Positions 1-13,406 of a stretch of 64,000 bases of DNA are shown here, in pieces (positions within the stretch are counted from its first letter, which is position 1; every line of letters begins with the position of its first letter). Origin of the DNA: Narcine bancroftii (lineage: Eukaryota); assembly GCF_036971445.1 (NCBI RefSeq), contig NC_091475.1, positions 5,642,001 to 5,706,000 of the forward strand, given 5' to 3'. The translations under genes were made by a program, and so were the position numbers. Under the pieces are notes generated by a model, which was not told where the DNA came from, made no database searches, and saw only the letters and a list, made by a program, of their open reading frames with translations.

Positions 1-618
1 TACATTTAAAGAAATAATAAAAAATAAGATAATAAAAATTAGAATACTACATCATTAAACTACACAAATTAATCCCCCCCAATAATTATAACACAACATT
101 AATCATCTAATTTAAAATTAGTCCAACCCTCCCCCCAAAATAAAGAGTGAAGAATTAATTAACAATGTTGTAAATAAAATAGAAAAAACCCCACTTACAA
201 AAAAAAAAGGATAAAACTTATCAACAAAAAAAAATATCAATACTAAAATTGCTAGGACTATCCAACCTGAAACAAAAAGTGGCCCATTCTTTTTCTCCCA
301 CTGATGTGCTGGACCCATTAAATTCCCCCAGCAGATTGTGTTGAGCTCCAGATTCCTGCATTTGGGTCTCAAGAGTTCCACTATTTCCGTTCAATTGCAC
401 ATCTTTTCCCTACCACTTTAAATCCAAAATCAAATATTGTATATTCTGGAAATCTTGGAATAAAGATTTACTCAAAATATTCAGCAGGTCAGGGAGTGGT
501 GTCAATGGTCTTCAAACAAAGTCAAACTTTGTTTTGGAAAAATTTGCCCTTAATCCAATTCATACACATTTTATTTTTAAAAAATACAAAACTTTCCCTG
601 CAAAATTTAAAGTTTGTA

Positions 619-768
619 CGGTAAAAGTCGTAAAATCCAGACTGCTCAGGAACTGGGTTGGTCCGAATTTTCAGATTTTACAGATTCTCAGTCATCACTT
701 TAAAATTCAAATTTCCCGATCCTCGGGTGTTCCAGATTTTTGGCATCCAGATTTTTCGACTTTTACTG
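619..768. mobile_element. Short Tc1/mariner-Tigger-like MITE
   Basis: Imperfect terminal inverted repeats CGGTAAAAGTCGTAAAATCCAGA ... TCCAGATTTTTCGACTTTTACTG; TA on the left flank. Confidence 0.55.
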
Positions 769-3700
769 TCATTTGTGTTTACTGGCATTAAGATTTTTCA
801 AAGTTATCTCATTTTATAGTAAAACTGCCTTTTCATGTTGGTCTCCAAAAGTGCATTACTTAACACATCTTTGCAGTGAAGTTCACCTGAGATACTTACA
901 CTATTCCTCATTTGCTATTCTGAAAACGCGTAAATTATACGTTTCATGATATCTACAGCAAAGTCAAAGTTGCTTGTGACACATCTAACACTGAACAAGG
1001 GGAGTACCACTGCATGCCACCCCACTGCTGCATGGAGTGTCATCAGAATATTCTCTCCATCCTATCAATGAACTTTCCCTCAAATCCCATGCATTTGTAT
1101 CCTTTCAAGAACCCAACAACAGGTCATATTCCAGTTGAATACTTTCTGAAAGTCCATAGCTTGGTCAACATTCTTGTTAATCTGCTAGGTTTTCCTATAA
1201 TAAATCCCTGTAGCTCTCCATTAATTCTTTTTCTCTAATGAATTTTTATTTGTCTTTGATAATGGTTTCCAACATTCCCCCAACTAATGTCAAGTTGACT
1301 GGCCGATACATTCTTTCCTCATTCCTCTGGTTTTTTTTTTGAAGAGTACCGTAAATGCTGACGTACAGGACAATCCTCGAAATTGGATCGTTCTATGCAC
1401 CGGATCTAAAATCCGAACCTCGACAGATCACTGCAGTCTTCCCGCCAGCTCCAAAACAAAACAACCTTACACGTCCATCCACCCAGTCCAACTGCCATTG
1501 GCTCTGTACAGGCTTTAAATGGCCTGTTTTCAGGAGCTGACAGGGGTTTATTTTAAAATGTGCTAATAAATTAATGCCTTTTTGAGCAATTTTGTATTAA
1601 AATATTGTGAGGTACTTTTAACAGTCTCCACTGGTCAGCAGGAAGTGCTAGATATTTTTGGAGGGGAGGGGGGAAGAGGGTGTCCTATACAAAGGGTCTC
1701 TGCTCAAAATCTACGTTCTAGGTGGAAATTCTGGGAGTCATCCTACACACGAGTTGTCCAAACACTAGTAACAATACTCTTGCATTTACTGAGAATTAAA
1801 AATTGTCCCCAATGTCTCTCAGATTTCTACCTTCACTTATTTCAACAATCTGCAATGTACTCTGGACAATGTAACTTACTGACATTTTCATTGTATCTTT
1901 TCTATGAACTTGTCTCTACAGTTAGTCTGCCGACACTGTGATTGTAGTAAAAAAACCAAAAAAATGCTAGAGGAACCCAGCAGGTCTTGCAGCGTCCATA
2001 GGAGTTAGATACAGTTTTTAACCAATGCTTGAAGGAGGGCTCAGGTCTGAAATGTTGGTTTCATATCTCCTATGATACTGCAAGACCTGTTGCATACCTC
2101 CAGCATTTGTATATTTACTACATTTTTTAGTGCAATCTTCTCATCATACCCTTCAAGAAAGGCTGATCCAAAGTAGTCTGTTCAGTATTTCAGCCACATG
2201 CTCATTTTTTTGCCTTGATCTTTAAATGAGGCCCACCATATTCCCTTTCTAACCCCATACTCTGTTCATATTAATCTCAAGGTTCAATTTAATTGTTTTC
2301 CCATCACCACACTTTCACTTCCATAGTAACCTTTTCGATTTCCTCCAACAAATCCTGGCTATTTGCTTTTGAGTGATAGAAGAAAGAAAATCGAGGAAAA
2401 GCAAGATTGTCCTTAACAAGGTTTGAGTGATTGAAACGCTGAAATTGTTCAGGTCATTAGATACCATCAGCATAATCTGCAAATAAAATCAACTGAAGTA
2501 AAAAACCAGCAATCTGAAACATTAACTCTGATCCTCAGTCTACAGAGATTGCCTGCCCTACCAAGAATTTCCAGAATTTTCCATTTTCATTTCAGATGTC
2601 CAGTATTTGCTCTTGTGTTGAGAAATGCACGTCAAGCCTGATGAAACTATTTTCAACAATAATTTTAAAATGTAGCATCCACTGACAATTTTTATTTGGA
2701 TTAAGCAATCTCTCTCCTCACAGACTGTTGGCTCTGATAAAGCTAACAAAATTGATGGCAAATCATTGATCCAATGAAGTATTTGAGCAAGGAGAGGCAG
2801 TGGGCAAGAATAGTGGGGCAAGCATTCCAAGCAGGCATCTCCAAGGATCCACGTTCAATGAATCATCACCCCTTTACAATTTAGAAAAGGAACATGAAGC
2901 TTCAATTTCAGTTTGTCAATGAGACAGAGAAGCAATAGCATTGTAAACAATACAGAGAGAAACAGTAAGGGACAAATAGTTTTTGTTTCTTCCAGGCAAT
3001 TAAGTCCTCCATTCTGGAACAATAGAGGAGTGAACAACCTAGTTGTTGCATGGTGAACATAAACAGTGGAGGGGAGCTATGGGTTTCATGTCTAGAGAAC
3101 CAGAATACAGTGGAGTAAGTGATCCTGGTTGGACCACTTTAAAAAAAGGATCAGGCTTTAGGAATGATATGATCATCTTTAAGGAAGACATAAAGTTATC
3201 AGTGTGATACAGGAATTAAATTATAAGCAGACATTGCACAAACCCATCGTGACATTCCTTGATAGTTTAAGGAACTAATAGAGTGGTAAACAAAGGCCAT
3301 AAAGTAATTATGTAAAAATCAGCTATTTTAAAAAAAGTTTTACATCTTTCCCTCCCACCCCAATCCACAACTACAGCATAAATACCCACAATCCAACAAT
3401 GAATTGTCCTATTTTACCATATATTTATGCCTTGAAGTCAGAACATTAGAACCAGTCAGGATATTCTGCCAGAGTTCCTGTAACAGCAGGACTGCCATCG
3501 GTGGGGGCCCAGGGAGACCAGGGCGCAGAGTCACAGTGCTGCTCCGCAGGGTCCTGTCACCCAGTCACAATATCAACAGCTCTGGTACCAGCCCTAAACG
3601 GCCAGTTAAAGAAGCTGATGATTATTTTAATTAAAATCCTACAACTTTGGGGTCTGTGTCCAAGATGGCAACGCCACGACGCACTGCAAGCTTCAGGGGA

Positions 3701-4359
3701 GCAGCAGCAGACTGGTGCAGGCCACCAGAAATAGGGAGAATACCTGCCTGTTGAGAAGGGGAAGCAAAGGAGACTGCACGAGAGGACGGAAACCACAGCA
3801 GCGGACCTGCGAGGGCCTCAGCGACCAAAAAAACTCACACAGGCTGCTAACCATTGGCGCATGGGAACCAAGTATTGGAACTGGGGTTTGAGAGAGTGTA
3901 GAGGGCAATAAGGGCACTTGAAGGGCCTCCTAACCATATTGGAGGTTTGGATCTGGAGCTCGGGTTGCCAATGGATCTATGCAGCTGCAGAGCCTCCAAG
4001 AGTGCTGGAGGTAATATATAGACACTCTGTCTCTGGAGAGACTCTCTTCTGCTTCTCTTACTGTCAGGGGCAGCAGAGAAAATGAACTTTTGTCCAATAT
4101 TACATTTTCAGCATTATTAATAAAGGAATCTTGAATTTTAAATTTGCAAAGTTACTTAACTATAATTATGCACCTTTCTTCTGCATGCAACCCCCCTATC
4201 CGCCAGGAATAATCTGAATGAAAAATGCAATTGTTCTGTATATGGCCATGTGTAAAAGTGCCATCCCATTGACTTCACTTAAAAAGCACAAGATTTTGCA
4301 ATTAATATCCATTGTCAATAATTTTCAACACATTAAGAACAAAAAGAGTCTTTACTTAC

Positions 4360-4598
4360 ATTTGCTCCTAATTTGATGGATATTGGGGCTGGCTTCTTTA
4401 ACGTCATACTTCCTATCGAAAATCCAATTTTTGATACTTTTGCAGGAGTGGGTTTGTTGTTTGCATCCCCAGCAGCTGAATCATCTTGATCTTTCTCATC
4501 AGCTGCTCTTTTCTCTGCATTTCGACTTGAACTTTCTCCTTCATTACTGGAAGAAACAGTCTTAGTTTTCAGAGTTTTCTCTGCCTTCTCTTCTGGTC
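4360..4598 (-). CDS. PCNP: PEST proteolytic signal-containing nuclear protein, coding exon 2
   Basis: Hand translation (G)[34 protein letters not shown]...[27 protein letters not shown] resembles human PCNP ([33 protein letters not shown]...ISIKLGSS). Acceptor ccaccag, donor gtaagt; 239 nt, phase 1 to phase 0. Later exons were not found and probably lie before base 1. Confidence 0.93.
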
Positions 4599-5789
4599 CT
4601 GGTGGAGTCGAAACAACTTACCAAGATGAGATACTTTTATCGAGCACTTTGACGATTGCAGAAACCTCAATATGTACTTAAGGAGCTTCTGTGGGTGTGC
4701 ACTGACTCAACCAGTAGTCTCTTCCACTGTTTGTCAGATATAGCAGATGCAGGATGTGAGAAACCATTTCATAGATGGATAGACTCTAAATTTCAGTTTC
4801 AGGGCAGGGTTAATCCAGTGCTCCTGTTTCTTGGTCCTCAGAAAAAATTCACAGGACCAAAACAGAATGAATTTTAGTAGACCTAAAGGTCCACATTGAG
4901 CACACATTCACCAAGTACTGTTCAAATCGTTGGTAGATTCTCTAGTATTACATTTTAAACCGCATTGTGGGGAATAACACTTATGGCCACAATGACAACA
5001 TCCTAAAGTAACTGGTGACCAAAGGCAAAGCCAAGATAAACAGTACTTTTTTTTTTAAAAATCACAAAGGCAACTATAGTTCCTGAAAGTTCATTTTCTA
5101 TATTTCTGAATTTTGAACTTTCTCTTCATTGTCCAGCAGATTACAAGTATTCCAGCCATGTTAAATTTAAAATAAGACCTTTTTTTTTCAAATCTATCAC
5201 ATTAATTTTAAATCTGATTAAATATATTCTGGAGACAAAATTCAGAACAACAAATGACAGTCAAAAGCTTTAAGATTAAAGTTTTACAAATGCTGATTTA
5301 CTATGGAATAAAATTCTGTTTTGAAAAAGTTATTTTAAATCTAATTCAGACTTTGCCAGTTTTAAAACAAAATCTTTCTTATTTTGAACAAAGAACTTGC
5401 AGAAATATTTTTCATTCAAATTTTTGTTACTAAATATCTTCTGCTTCCCAACAAAAAAAACCAAGAACCTAACAAGCACTTTTTACCATTGGCCTGTTAA
5501 TTGGCAGCCAGAAATGGATACAACATCAGATGTTTATGTAAAAAAACACACACAATACAAGCCCATGTTGACTCTCTAATCATAATTCCTTTCCATTCAT
5601 ATCACATGAAAGATTTATTTTGCAAGATTAATACTTTAAAAGTTAAATAACTTTAGAAATCTGATTATTAAAAACAATAAAAATATTTTTAAAAGAGAAA
5701 TATGCTCTATGAAAATTATGATTTCCACAACAGATTACTGAGACAATTTTAAACAGCGCAGAATCTTTGCATGATTTGAAAAAAAATTA

Positions 5790-6114
5790 CAGGTAGTCCC
5801 GACTTACGACCAAATGGGGACTGAAGAATTGGTTATAACTTGGGTTTGGTCATAAGTCGGGAACCTCAGGCTGCCGGGGGAGGGGGGGGGGGGCGCGAGG
5901 GGAGAAGAGGAATGGGAACCTCAGGCTGCCAGGGGGGAAATGGCTGCCTGGAAGGGGTGGGGGGATGGGAACTTTGGGCTGCCGCTGGGGAATGGGGACC
6001 ACTGTATACAGTACTTTTAATACAAAATATGTACTTGTACAGTATTTTTAAAAAATGTTGGTTGTATGTGTGAATGGATGCAACTCGCATAGGTCGGAAG
6101 GCAAGGACTACCTG
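5790..6114. mobile_element. Tigger/pogo-like MITE in PCNP intron 1
   Basis: TIRs CAGGTAGTCC...GGACTACCTG with TA on both flanks. Confidence 0.75.
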
Positions 6115-6659
6115 TATATTTAAATTTGCTTAACAAAATATACTGGAGTAAATGTAAAATACTAAATGTTCAAAATCTAAAAGATAAGCAGAAAATGCTA
6201 CGATTACACAGACCAGGCAGCAACAATGGTCAACTACTATTCAACAGAACTGGAAGTATAAATCAGCAAGCCCGATAAAAAATAGGCACTGATTTAGAAG
6301 ATTAATCTCTCCACAGATGTTGCATGGTCTGTTGAACATTCCCAGCATTTCCTTTTCCTATACTAAAAATAGACAGGCAACATTTTCTGTTTCTATATTA
6401 AAATTATACTGGGTCTATTATTCATCTCACATCAGTGAATTATTTCTAAATTCCAAGCTACCGATTATTCTAACAGGAATTTACTATTGCTTGGTGACAT
6501 ACTGCATTACCCCCAAACACATTATTGTCATCATTTTTTGTACAAAGCAGCAACAAAGAAACTTCATAATACTAATCAATCACAACCAACACTGATTTGG
6601 TCCTGCTGGATCTTTTACGTTGCCAAAACCTAAATTACTAAAAGTATTAGTAAAAATGT

Positions 6660-7745
6660 AGAAAAATGTGAGGTCGTCTACTTTGATAGAAAAAAAGGCA
6701 GAAATCGAAAGATAAGAAAAAGTTTACATTCAAAGGGACTCAGGAGTTCTTCTACATTAGAAATTGCCCAGAGGTGAAAAGGGCTATTAAGAAGGTACAT
6801 TGGCCTTCTCTGCAAGAGTGTTTGAGTACAACAATTTAGGTGTTTCTGCAGCCATGTAAGATTTTAATATGATCAGACCTGGCAAACAAATTTGTTCTCC
6901 TTAAAATATATTTATTTGCCATAGGGGAATACAGCAAAGATTCAGCAGGCTACATCAAGACAAACCAAGTCCATTCTGTGAGGTTGATTAGGATAGGCCT
7001 CTATTCTTTAGAAATTTGAAGAAGGAGAAATAATCTCATTGAAACATAGAAAATTCTCAAGAAGGCTCAGCAGGCCAGATACATGGAGGATATTTTCCCA
7101 GGCTGAGATCTCTAGAATTGGGGAGTCATTCATTACCTGAGGATACAGGTAGCCTAATTTGGATGGAATTGAGAAATGTCTTCGTACATAGTGATGAATA
7201 TTTGAAATCCTCTTCTCCAGAGGCTTAATTATTAATTGCATTGAAGAGTCACAATGAAAGATATTTGGCTATCAAAGGATTCCAATTTGGATGGAATTGA
7301 GAAATGTCTTCGTACATAGTGATGAATATTTGAAATCCTCTTCTCCAGAGGCTTAATTATTAATTGCATTGAAGAGTCACAATGAAAGATATTTGGCTAT
7401 CAAAGGATTCCAATTTGGATGGAATTGAGAAATCTCTTCATACATAGTGATGAATATTTGAAATCCTCTTCTCCAGGGGCTTAATTTTTAATTGCATTGA
7501 AGAGTCACAATGAAAGATATTTGGCTATCAAAGGATTCCAATTTGGATGGAATTGAGAAATGTCTTCATACATAGTGTTGAATATTTGAAATCCTCTTCT
7601 CCAGGGGCTTAACTATTAATTGCATTGAAGAGTCACAATGAAAGATATTTGGCTATCAAAGGATTCAATGCATAGGAGTGGGGATAGGCCGTAAAATAGT
7701 ATTAAGATATAAAATCAGCCAAAATCTAGTAGTATGGCAGAGCAA
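6660..7745 (+). mobile_element. Degraded CR1 LINE 3' fragment containing a tandem amplification
   Basis: Nucleotide resemblance to the CR1 ORF2 3' end at 44098-45174; no open frame. Confidence 0.55.
7154..7666. repeat. Tandem repeat, 4 x ~128 bp
   Basis: Unit starting CCAATTTGGATGGAATTGAGAAATG recurs at ~7154, 7282, 7410 and 7538. Confidence 0.9.
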
Positions 7746-8091
7746 GATTAAGCCAAATTCATGAACCTATTTCTAATCTAGTTTTTTTTAAATGTGTTTT
7801 ATGGCAAGCAAAAATATGCCTGCTCCTAACACTACAACATACTTTTTAAACCAATTAATTGACTGAAACGTTATTAATTAAGCTACAATTTAATTTCAAA
7901 ATAATAACATTTTATCAGAACCAACGATGAAGCCGAATTTTTTAAAAAAAAAACCAATTCCAAATAATGAGGTAGGGAAACCAGATTAATAAAATGATCC
8001 ACGAGCCTGATCCATTAAGTTATCAAAATGATTTTAAGTGATAATAGGGAGGGAGGATAATCCAAAGATTGCTTTTTCACACGCATGTAGC

Positions 8092-8517
8092 CTTAACCGA
8101 AATCCGCTCCGGTACATATATCCAACCCCCCCCAGTTAAAACGGTTTAGATGCGAATTAGCACCGCAAACCCATCTTTCAGTGGTCCCATTTTGCAATGA
8201 GAATTTAAAGTATTCAGCCTGTCTGTCAATAAGCTGGCAGCGATATTAGTGAGGATCCAATGGCTTAAATATTTACCCAAATGTCCTGTAACCCCCCCCC
8301 CCAGGGTTTTACGATAAGGAGTTTGAGTTCCTTATGACAGGATGTCGGTACCTGTGACCAGCCCCCTCCTCCTCCCCCACCCCCCATGTGGCCCTGCTGC
8401 ATCATTCCGGGAGGCAAGCTCACCTTAACCGAAATCCGCTCCGGTACATATATCCAACCCCCCCCCCCCCAGTTAAAACGGTTTAGATGCGAATTAGCAC
8501 CGCAAACCCATCTTTCC
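8092..8517. repeat. ~90 bp direct duplication (8092-8179 and 8423-8516)
   Basis: CCTTAACCGAAATCCGCTCCGGTACATATATCCAAC(n)AGTTAAAACGGTTTAGATGCGAATTAGCACCGCAAACCCATCTTTC occurs twice; the copies differ in poly-C length. Confidence 0.9.
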
Positions 8518-8534
8518 GAGGTAACCTGCTCGAG

Positions 8535-8640
8535 CCCCTTCTCCCGCGGGGCCCTCGGGCCCTCCCTCCCGCGGGGCCCTCGGGCCCTCCCTCCCGCGGG
8601 GCCCTCGGGCCCTCCCTCCCGCGGGGCCCTCGGGCCCGCC
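8535..8640. repeat. GC-rich ~25 bp tandem repeat (~4 copies) in PCNP intron 1
   Basis: Unit CCCTCCCTCCCGCGGGGCCCTCGGG repeated. Confidence 0.85.
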
Positions 8641-8767
8641 CGCCCGCACTGCCTGGTCCGGGCGGCCTCCCCCCCCGCTCCCCCCTTTCGTTCACGCGTG
8701 GCCTCGTAGTTCCTGCCGCGCTCGGTGGTGGGGGGGGGGGGGGGGGTAAAACATTAGGAACTGGCAC

Positions 8768-8813
8768 CTTCATCGCGGAGCTTCTCCTCGTCCAAATGCG
8801 CTCGTTCCGCCAT
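8768..8813 (-). CDS. PCNP: PCNP coding exon 1 (MAERAHLDEEKLRDE-G)
   Basis: ATG in AAAATGG context inside a CpG island; 46 nt ending at GAAG|gtgcca. Phase 1 joins exon 2 in frame (G|GA = Gly). Confidence 0.75.
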
Positions 8814-8940
8814 TTTTCGACCCACTTAAAGCCCGCCCGCAGCCCCCTGGGAGGGAGGGCGCACGTCACTTCCGGGCGCCAGACCGGCGAGGCCTGTGCC
8901 CGTCACGGGCTCTCCTGGCACCTGTGGCGGAAGTGACTAC
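8814..8940 (-). promoter_or_regulatory. PCNP CpG-island promoter with two ETS/GABP-type sites
   Basis: CACTTCCGG at ~8867 and GCGGAAGTG at ~8927 in opposite orientations; high CpG density over ~8500-8940. Confidence 0.7.
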
Positions 8941-9239
8941 AAACCCCCATACAAAACGCTGGAGAAGCGCAGCAGGGCTTTGATGTAGCAAAGGTAAAGA
9001 TACAGAACCAATGGCCCCTCATCCCGCTCGGTCTGAGTGTATTGACTTTTAATTCTTGGTGTGGATGATTGCAGCATCATCGAGGGCTTTGCTTTATTTT
9101 TATTTACATGGATTCAATTTACATGCATTCACCCTTCTGGATATGGGAATGCCTGGAACGTTGCCATGACCCTGTGGGCACATTGCAGGGTTTCTGGTCA
9201 AATTACTTCCACTCTGCTTTGGGGTCCCTGGGTGACTCT

Positions 9240-10211
9240 AGTTACGGGCCGAGAGGACCCCAGAACCCAGCACCAATAAAAATTCACCAAGACAAATGGT
9301 CACTTAAGCAGAAGTTCTTTAAATTTTCTTTAAACATAAAAACAGGATCAACTTCCTACTATTAACTTACCCCCCCCCCCCCCCCACCTTCTCATGCTAA
9401 GATCATGTGTATAGGAAAGTTCTTTGATTCGCAGTCCAATCTCACTCCTCCAAGTTCACCTGTATCAGGCACAGAATTTAACATTTATCAATTTTCACCA
9501 GGCTCTGGTGCTCACAAGGTAAATGGTTAGCAGTCAGGAAGGTTCTTGTCGGTTTCAGAGAGAGATTCGTTGCTCGTTGGACACACACAAACTGATTCCC
9601 TCCGATCAGCTGCTTCAGTGTCTTGCTGAAGAAACTCGCCCCATCAGGGTTTTCCAAATGATAACCTTCTGCTACAGGTCATCACAGAGTTCCTTTTGTT
9701 TCCCTTATTTCAGGTGAAACACTCAAGCCAGCCATTTCCTCTTGTATGGATCACAAGGGTTTTCAACAGGCTGAACTCAGAACTCACAACCCATCTTCAA
9801 AATGGAATTTCAACAAGATTACAGCTTGCCATGACTGCAGAAACCAGGTCTCTCTCTCTCTCCCTTAGAGAAAGCCTGTTCTGTCTCCTCTCTCTCCCCC
9901 TTAGAGAAAGCCTGTTTGGTCTCTTCTATCTCTCTGCTTGCAAAATCACATGACCTTCTTAGAACAGCAAACTGCAACCAGACATTGTGGCACCAGACTC
10001 AAACTTCTGAGTCCATTCATCTGTTGCTTTCAAAACAATCCATTTACACCTGCTTTTGAAATTCTTTAGCAAAGCAGTCTCCTTGTTTTATTATCTTTGC
10101 AAAGGCTCTCGATGCCTGCGTGACCGACTTTCAGCAAAGCTCTTGCATTTTAAATGAGATCTGTTTTGTGAAGTATCTCCTTCAAAAACATCTATATAAA
10201 ATAATCTCACA
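9240..10211 (-). mobile_element. Solo LTR-like element (family copy 1)
   Basis: Colinear similarity with the reverse complement of 12263-13293 and with 42934-45390; ends ...CTCACA; no clear target-site duplication. Strand is relative to copy 2. Confidence 0.65.
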
Positions 10212-11934
10212 TTTTTTTTGTACATGGATGCATCAGGGGAACCAATGTATGAGGGCACCAACCATTGTGACCTGCTGCGGTTCTACCTGTCCTAGCTATT
10301 GCAAAGGATGACCAGACCACATCACTACACACCATCCCAGTCTGTGATATTACAAGATCCTGTTTTATTCAGTAAGTTCACTTTGGTGGTTGGAACAGGC
10401 TACAAACATTCAGATTTCACATTTTTTACAGACTGTGTGGCACCATTGAATATTGACTATAAACAAAGAATGCTCTGGAAGACGACAAAGAATAATGGTT
10501 GTTTATTCAAGGAAAAACAGATGGGATGCTTACAGAGAGTCATATGATTTTGAGTCATGTGTTTGGGACACTTGAAGGACCATTATTGATCAGCAAGCCA
10601 TCTAAAAGCAGATGTGAAATGTGACTGTATGAAATTAACAATTCTACTGTTTCTCCTTTTGTCAGAGGAATTGTTGAACCACCGTGACCATTGTAATGGT
10701 CATTTTGATTGACCCATATCTGGGTAAAAGAAGCAGGTTCATTCCTGTATTTGGATCGTGGCCATTTTGATGGTCATTTCATCTGACCTGTGCCTGGGTT
10801 TTGGAAGCATCATGGAAGTCAAACATTTCATTTTCCCTACACATGGAAGTGGGGAGTTGTGACAACCATTTGTATGGAAGGACATTTCTCTGGAAGCAAC
10901 TTGTCAAGGATTTGTAAGTTTTCAGCATTATGATCACTCAGCATTATGATCACCTCTAATTACTTCTGAACATCAGTTTAAAAGTCTGAATTTCAACACA
11001 GGATTCTAAGACTGAACTTTGAATTAACTTTCCAAAATTGTGCCTGAGCTGTAATGGTTTGGATATTAGACACACACACATACACACACATACACATTTG
11101 TGCATAGTTGGGGGTTAAGTTAATGTGTTATATTATTAATAGTTAATAATAAATATATTTTAAAAATGACATTGTCTTGGTGAATTTCTATTGCTGTTGA
11201 TCTGTGACATAGCAGTGGTCATTAGGGAACATCTTGCAGTCACTGAGGTACAAGGACTCGATGGATAGAGTAAGATAGTTTCCTGAGCTCACTGTCCAGA
11301 TCATCTGGCAAAATATCTCATTGCCAGAACTCACTCACATGCACCAGATCTAGTTCAGCTGGCAGTGACAGGTCCCCTCTCAGATTCTTCCTCAATGCCT
11401 GTTGTCCTTGAGGTGACTGCAATAGGAAAGAGGTAAAACACAGGATTCTGCTGACACCTTGATGAAGGGCTCAAGCCCGAAATGTTGGTGATGTATCTTT
11501 ACCTTTGCTACATAAAGGGACTGTTTGACCTGCGGAGTTTCTCCAGCATTTGTGTGTTTTTTCGTGATAGCAAAGAGATTTTCAGCCACCTTCACTGACT
11601 GGATTTGCAAAGAGGATCTGGAAAAGAATAGAACGGTCCTTGTTGCAGATCATCCCAAACAAGCAACAAGAAGGAAGAGGTAAAAAGAGAAAGACAACTG
11701 AGAGGACCATAGGAGCAGAAGAGATTGCTGTGAGCTGGCCTGTTGGGGGTCCAGCCTAATGCCTTAGGTCCAACCTAATGTCTTATCCTGCAATAAACCC
11801 ACTTCCACCAGTCTCACAAGGATGGTCATGGCAGCAAACTCCTCGGGAGGACAAAGAGTCCACAACACCATCAGAGTAATAGGGAAGGAATACAAGTGAA
11901 GGTTCCCGTTTTCCTGGGACATCTGTGTCTGGAA

Positions 11935-13406
11935 CAGTGGTTCTCAAACTTTCTTTCCACTCACGTAACACTTTAAGTATTCCCGATGCCCTAGGTGCTC
12001 TGTGATTAGTAAGGAATTGCTTAAGGAGGTATGTGGGTGGAAATAAAAAGTTTGAAAACCACTGTTTTATTTGTACCTTATTGACTCGTTATGTGCACGG
12101 TTTCAGAACTCCAAAGGAAATGGGCCATTGACAATTTTTCTCAAGCCAAATATTTCAGTAACAATTGAGTCTAGAGCAGTGATTCTCAACATTCCCTTCC
12201 TATTCACATCCCACCATAAGCAACACATAGCACCGATGGCATAGGGATTACTTAAAGTGGTATGTAATGGATAAATATTGGGGGGGGGATTTTGGTAAAA
12301 TTAGTCGGTAACATATTTTAAAACATCTTATTTGAAAGACTGAAGAATTCATATTCAGTAACATTGCAGGATCTCTGGAGAATGTGATGCACATTTCACA
12401 AGTTGGTGCTAATTGAAATGACGTCATGAAATGAAAGACCATTGTAGGAGACAAACTGGCTGTTGAACAGTGTGCTCACAGAGAGGTCATTCATGGGTTT
12501 TGTTTATCTAAGACAACATCTTGACCAAAGAGAAGAACTCCTGTTGTTTGCTGAAGAAGGTGGGGTTTTGCAAATGAGAGAGTTACATGGTGCTTTCTGG
12601 CAGTTGGCCGTTGGAGAGAGAGAGATAAGTTAACAAGTTCTCCCAGCTAATGTGTGTGACACTGAAAAGCAGCTGAACAGTGCAAGCCAGGAAGAGCTGG
12701 TTGAAACTGATGAAAAGCTCCAGAGCAGTGGAGGCTGGAAGTGCTATCGGTCTGATGTTTCTCTTGGAATAAGAAGAACAGAAAGGAACTCTGTGATGAC
12801 CTGAAAGAAAGAGGTTACCAACTGGAAAACCCTGATGGGGAAAGTTTCATCAGCGAGACATTAAGGTGACTAATGGTGGTACCTCAGTTGTGGAAATCCT
12901 GGAACAACAAATATCTCTCTGCAAACCCTACAAGAACCTTCCTGAGTGGTAAACATTTACCCTTTGAGCACCAAAGCCTGGTGAACTTTATACATGTTAA
13001 ATTCTGTGCACAGTATAAGAATTGCCTGCATCCAGAGAACTTGGAAGAAGGAGAAGTGAGATTGAACTGTGAACCAAAGAACTTTTCTTAAATTTGCACA
13101 CACCTTACATACACGTGCGCTTAGAATTAGAAGGGGGTTAATTTGAGTTAGTTAAGTATAGAGATAAAAAAGTTAAATTTTGATTCCGTTTTCATGTTTA
13201 AAGTTGATTAAAAACAACTTTTTTTAAAAAAAAACTACTTGTCTTGGTGGTTGTCTGTTGCTGCTGGGTTTGGGGTCCTTTGGGCTTGTAACTGGTATAT
13301 GAGTGGAAAGCACCTATGGGGATTGGTAGATGCCGGTCAAGTGAATTTGCTGGTTGCTTGAGATTGCATGTTGCATGATTGAAAGAAAAAAGGTTGAGAA
13401 CCACTG
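11935..13406. mobile_element. Dimeric hAT/Charlie-like MITE interrupted by an LTR-like insertion
   Basis: TIRs CAGTGGTTCTCAA...TTGAGAACCACTG; 8-bp TSD GTCTGGAA/GTCTGAAA (7/8 match). Confidence 0.85.
12263..13293 (+). mobile_element. Solo LTR-like element (copy 2) nested in the MITE
   Basis: Starts TGTAA and ends GTAACT (TAACA in the 42934 copy); GGTA duplicated on both sides; the MITE sequence resumes afterwards. Confidence 0.75.

Noticed and set aside
3560-4135. GC-richer patch with several short ORFs
   Set aside because: No recognisable protein; probably an unclassified interspersed repeat, which I could not support further.
1-4359. PCNP exon 3 (expected KPKE...[23 protein letters not shown])
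   Set aside because: Not found by eye; presumably lies beyond the window start.
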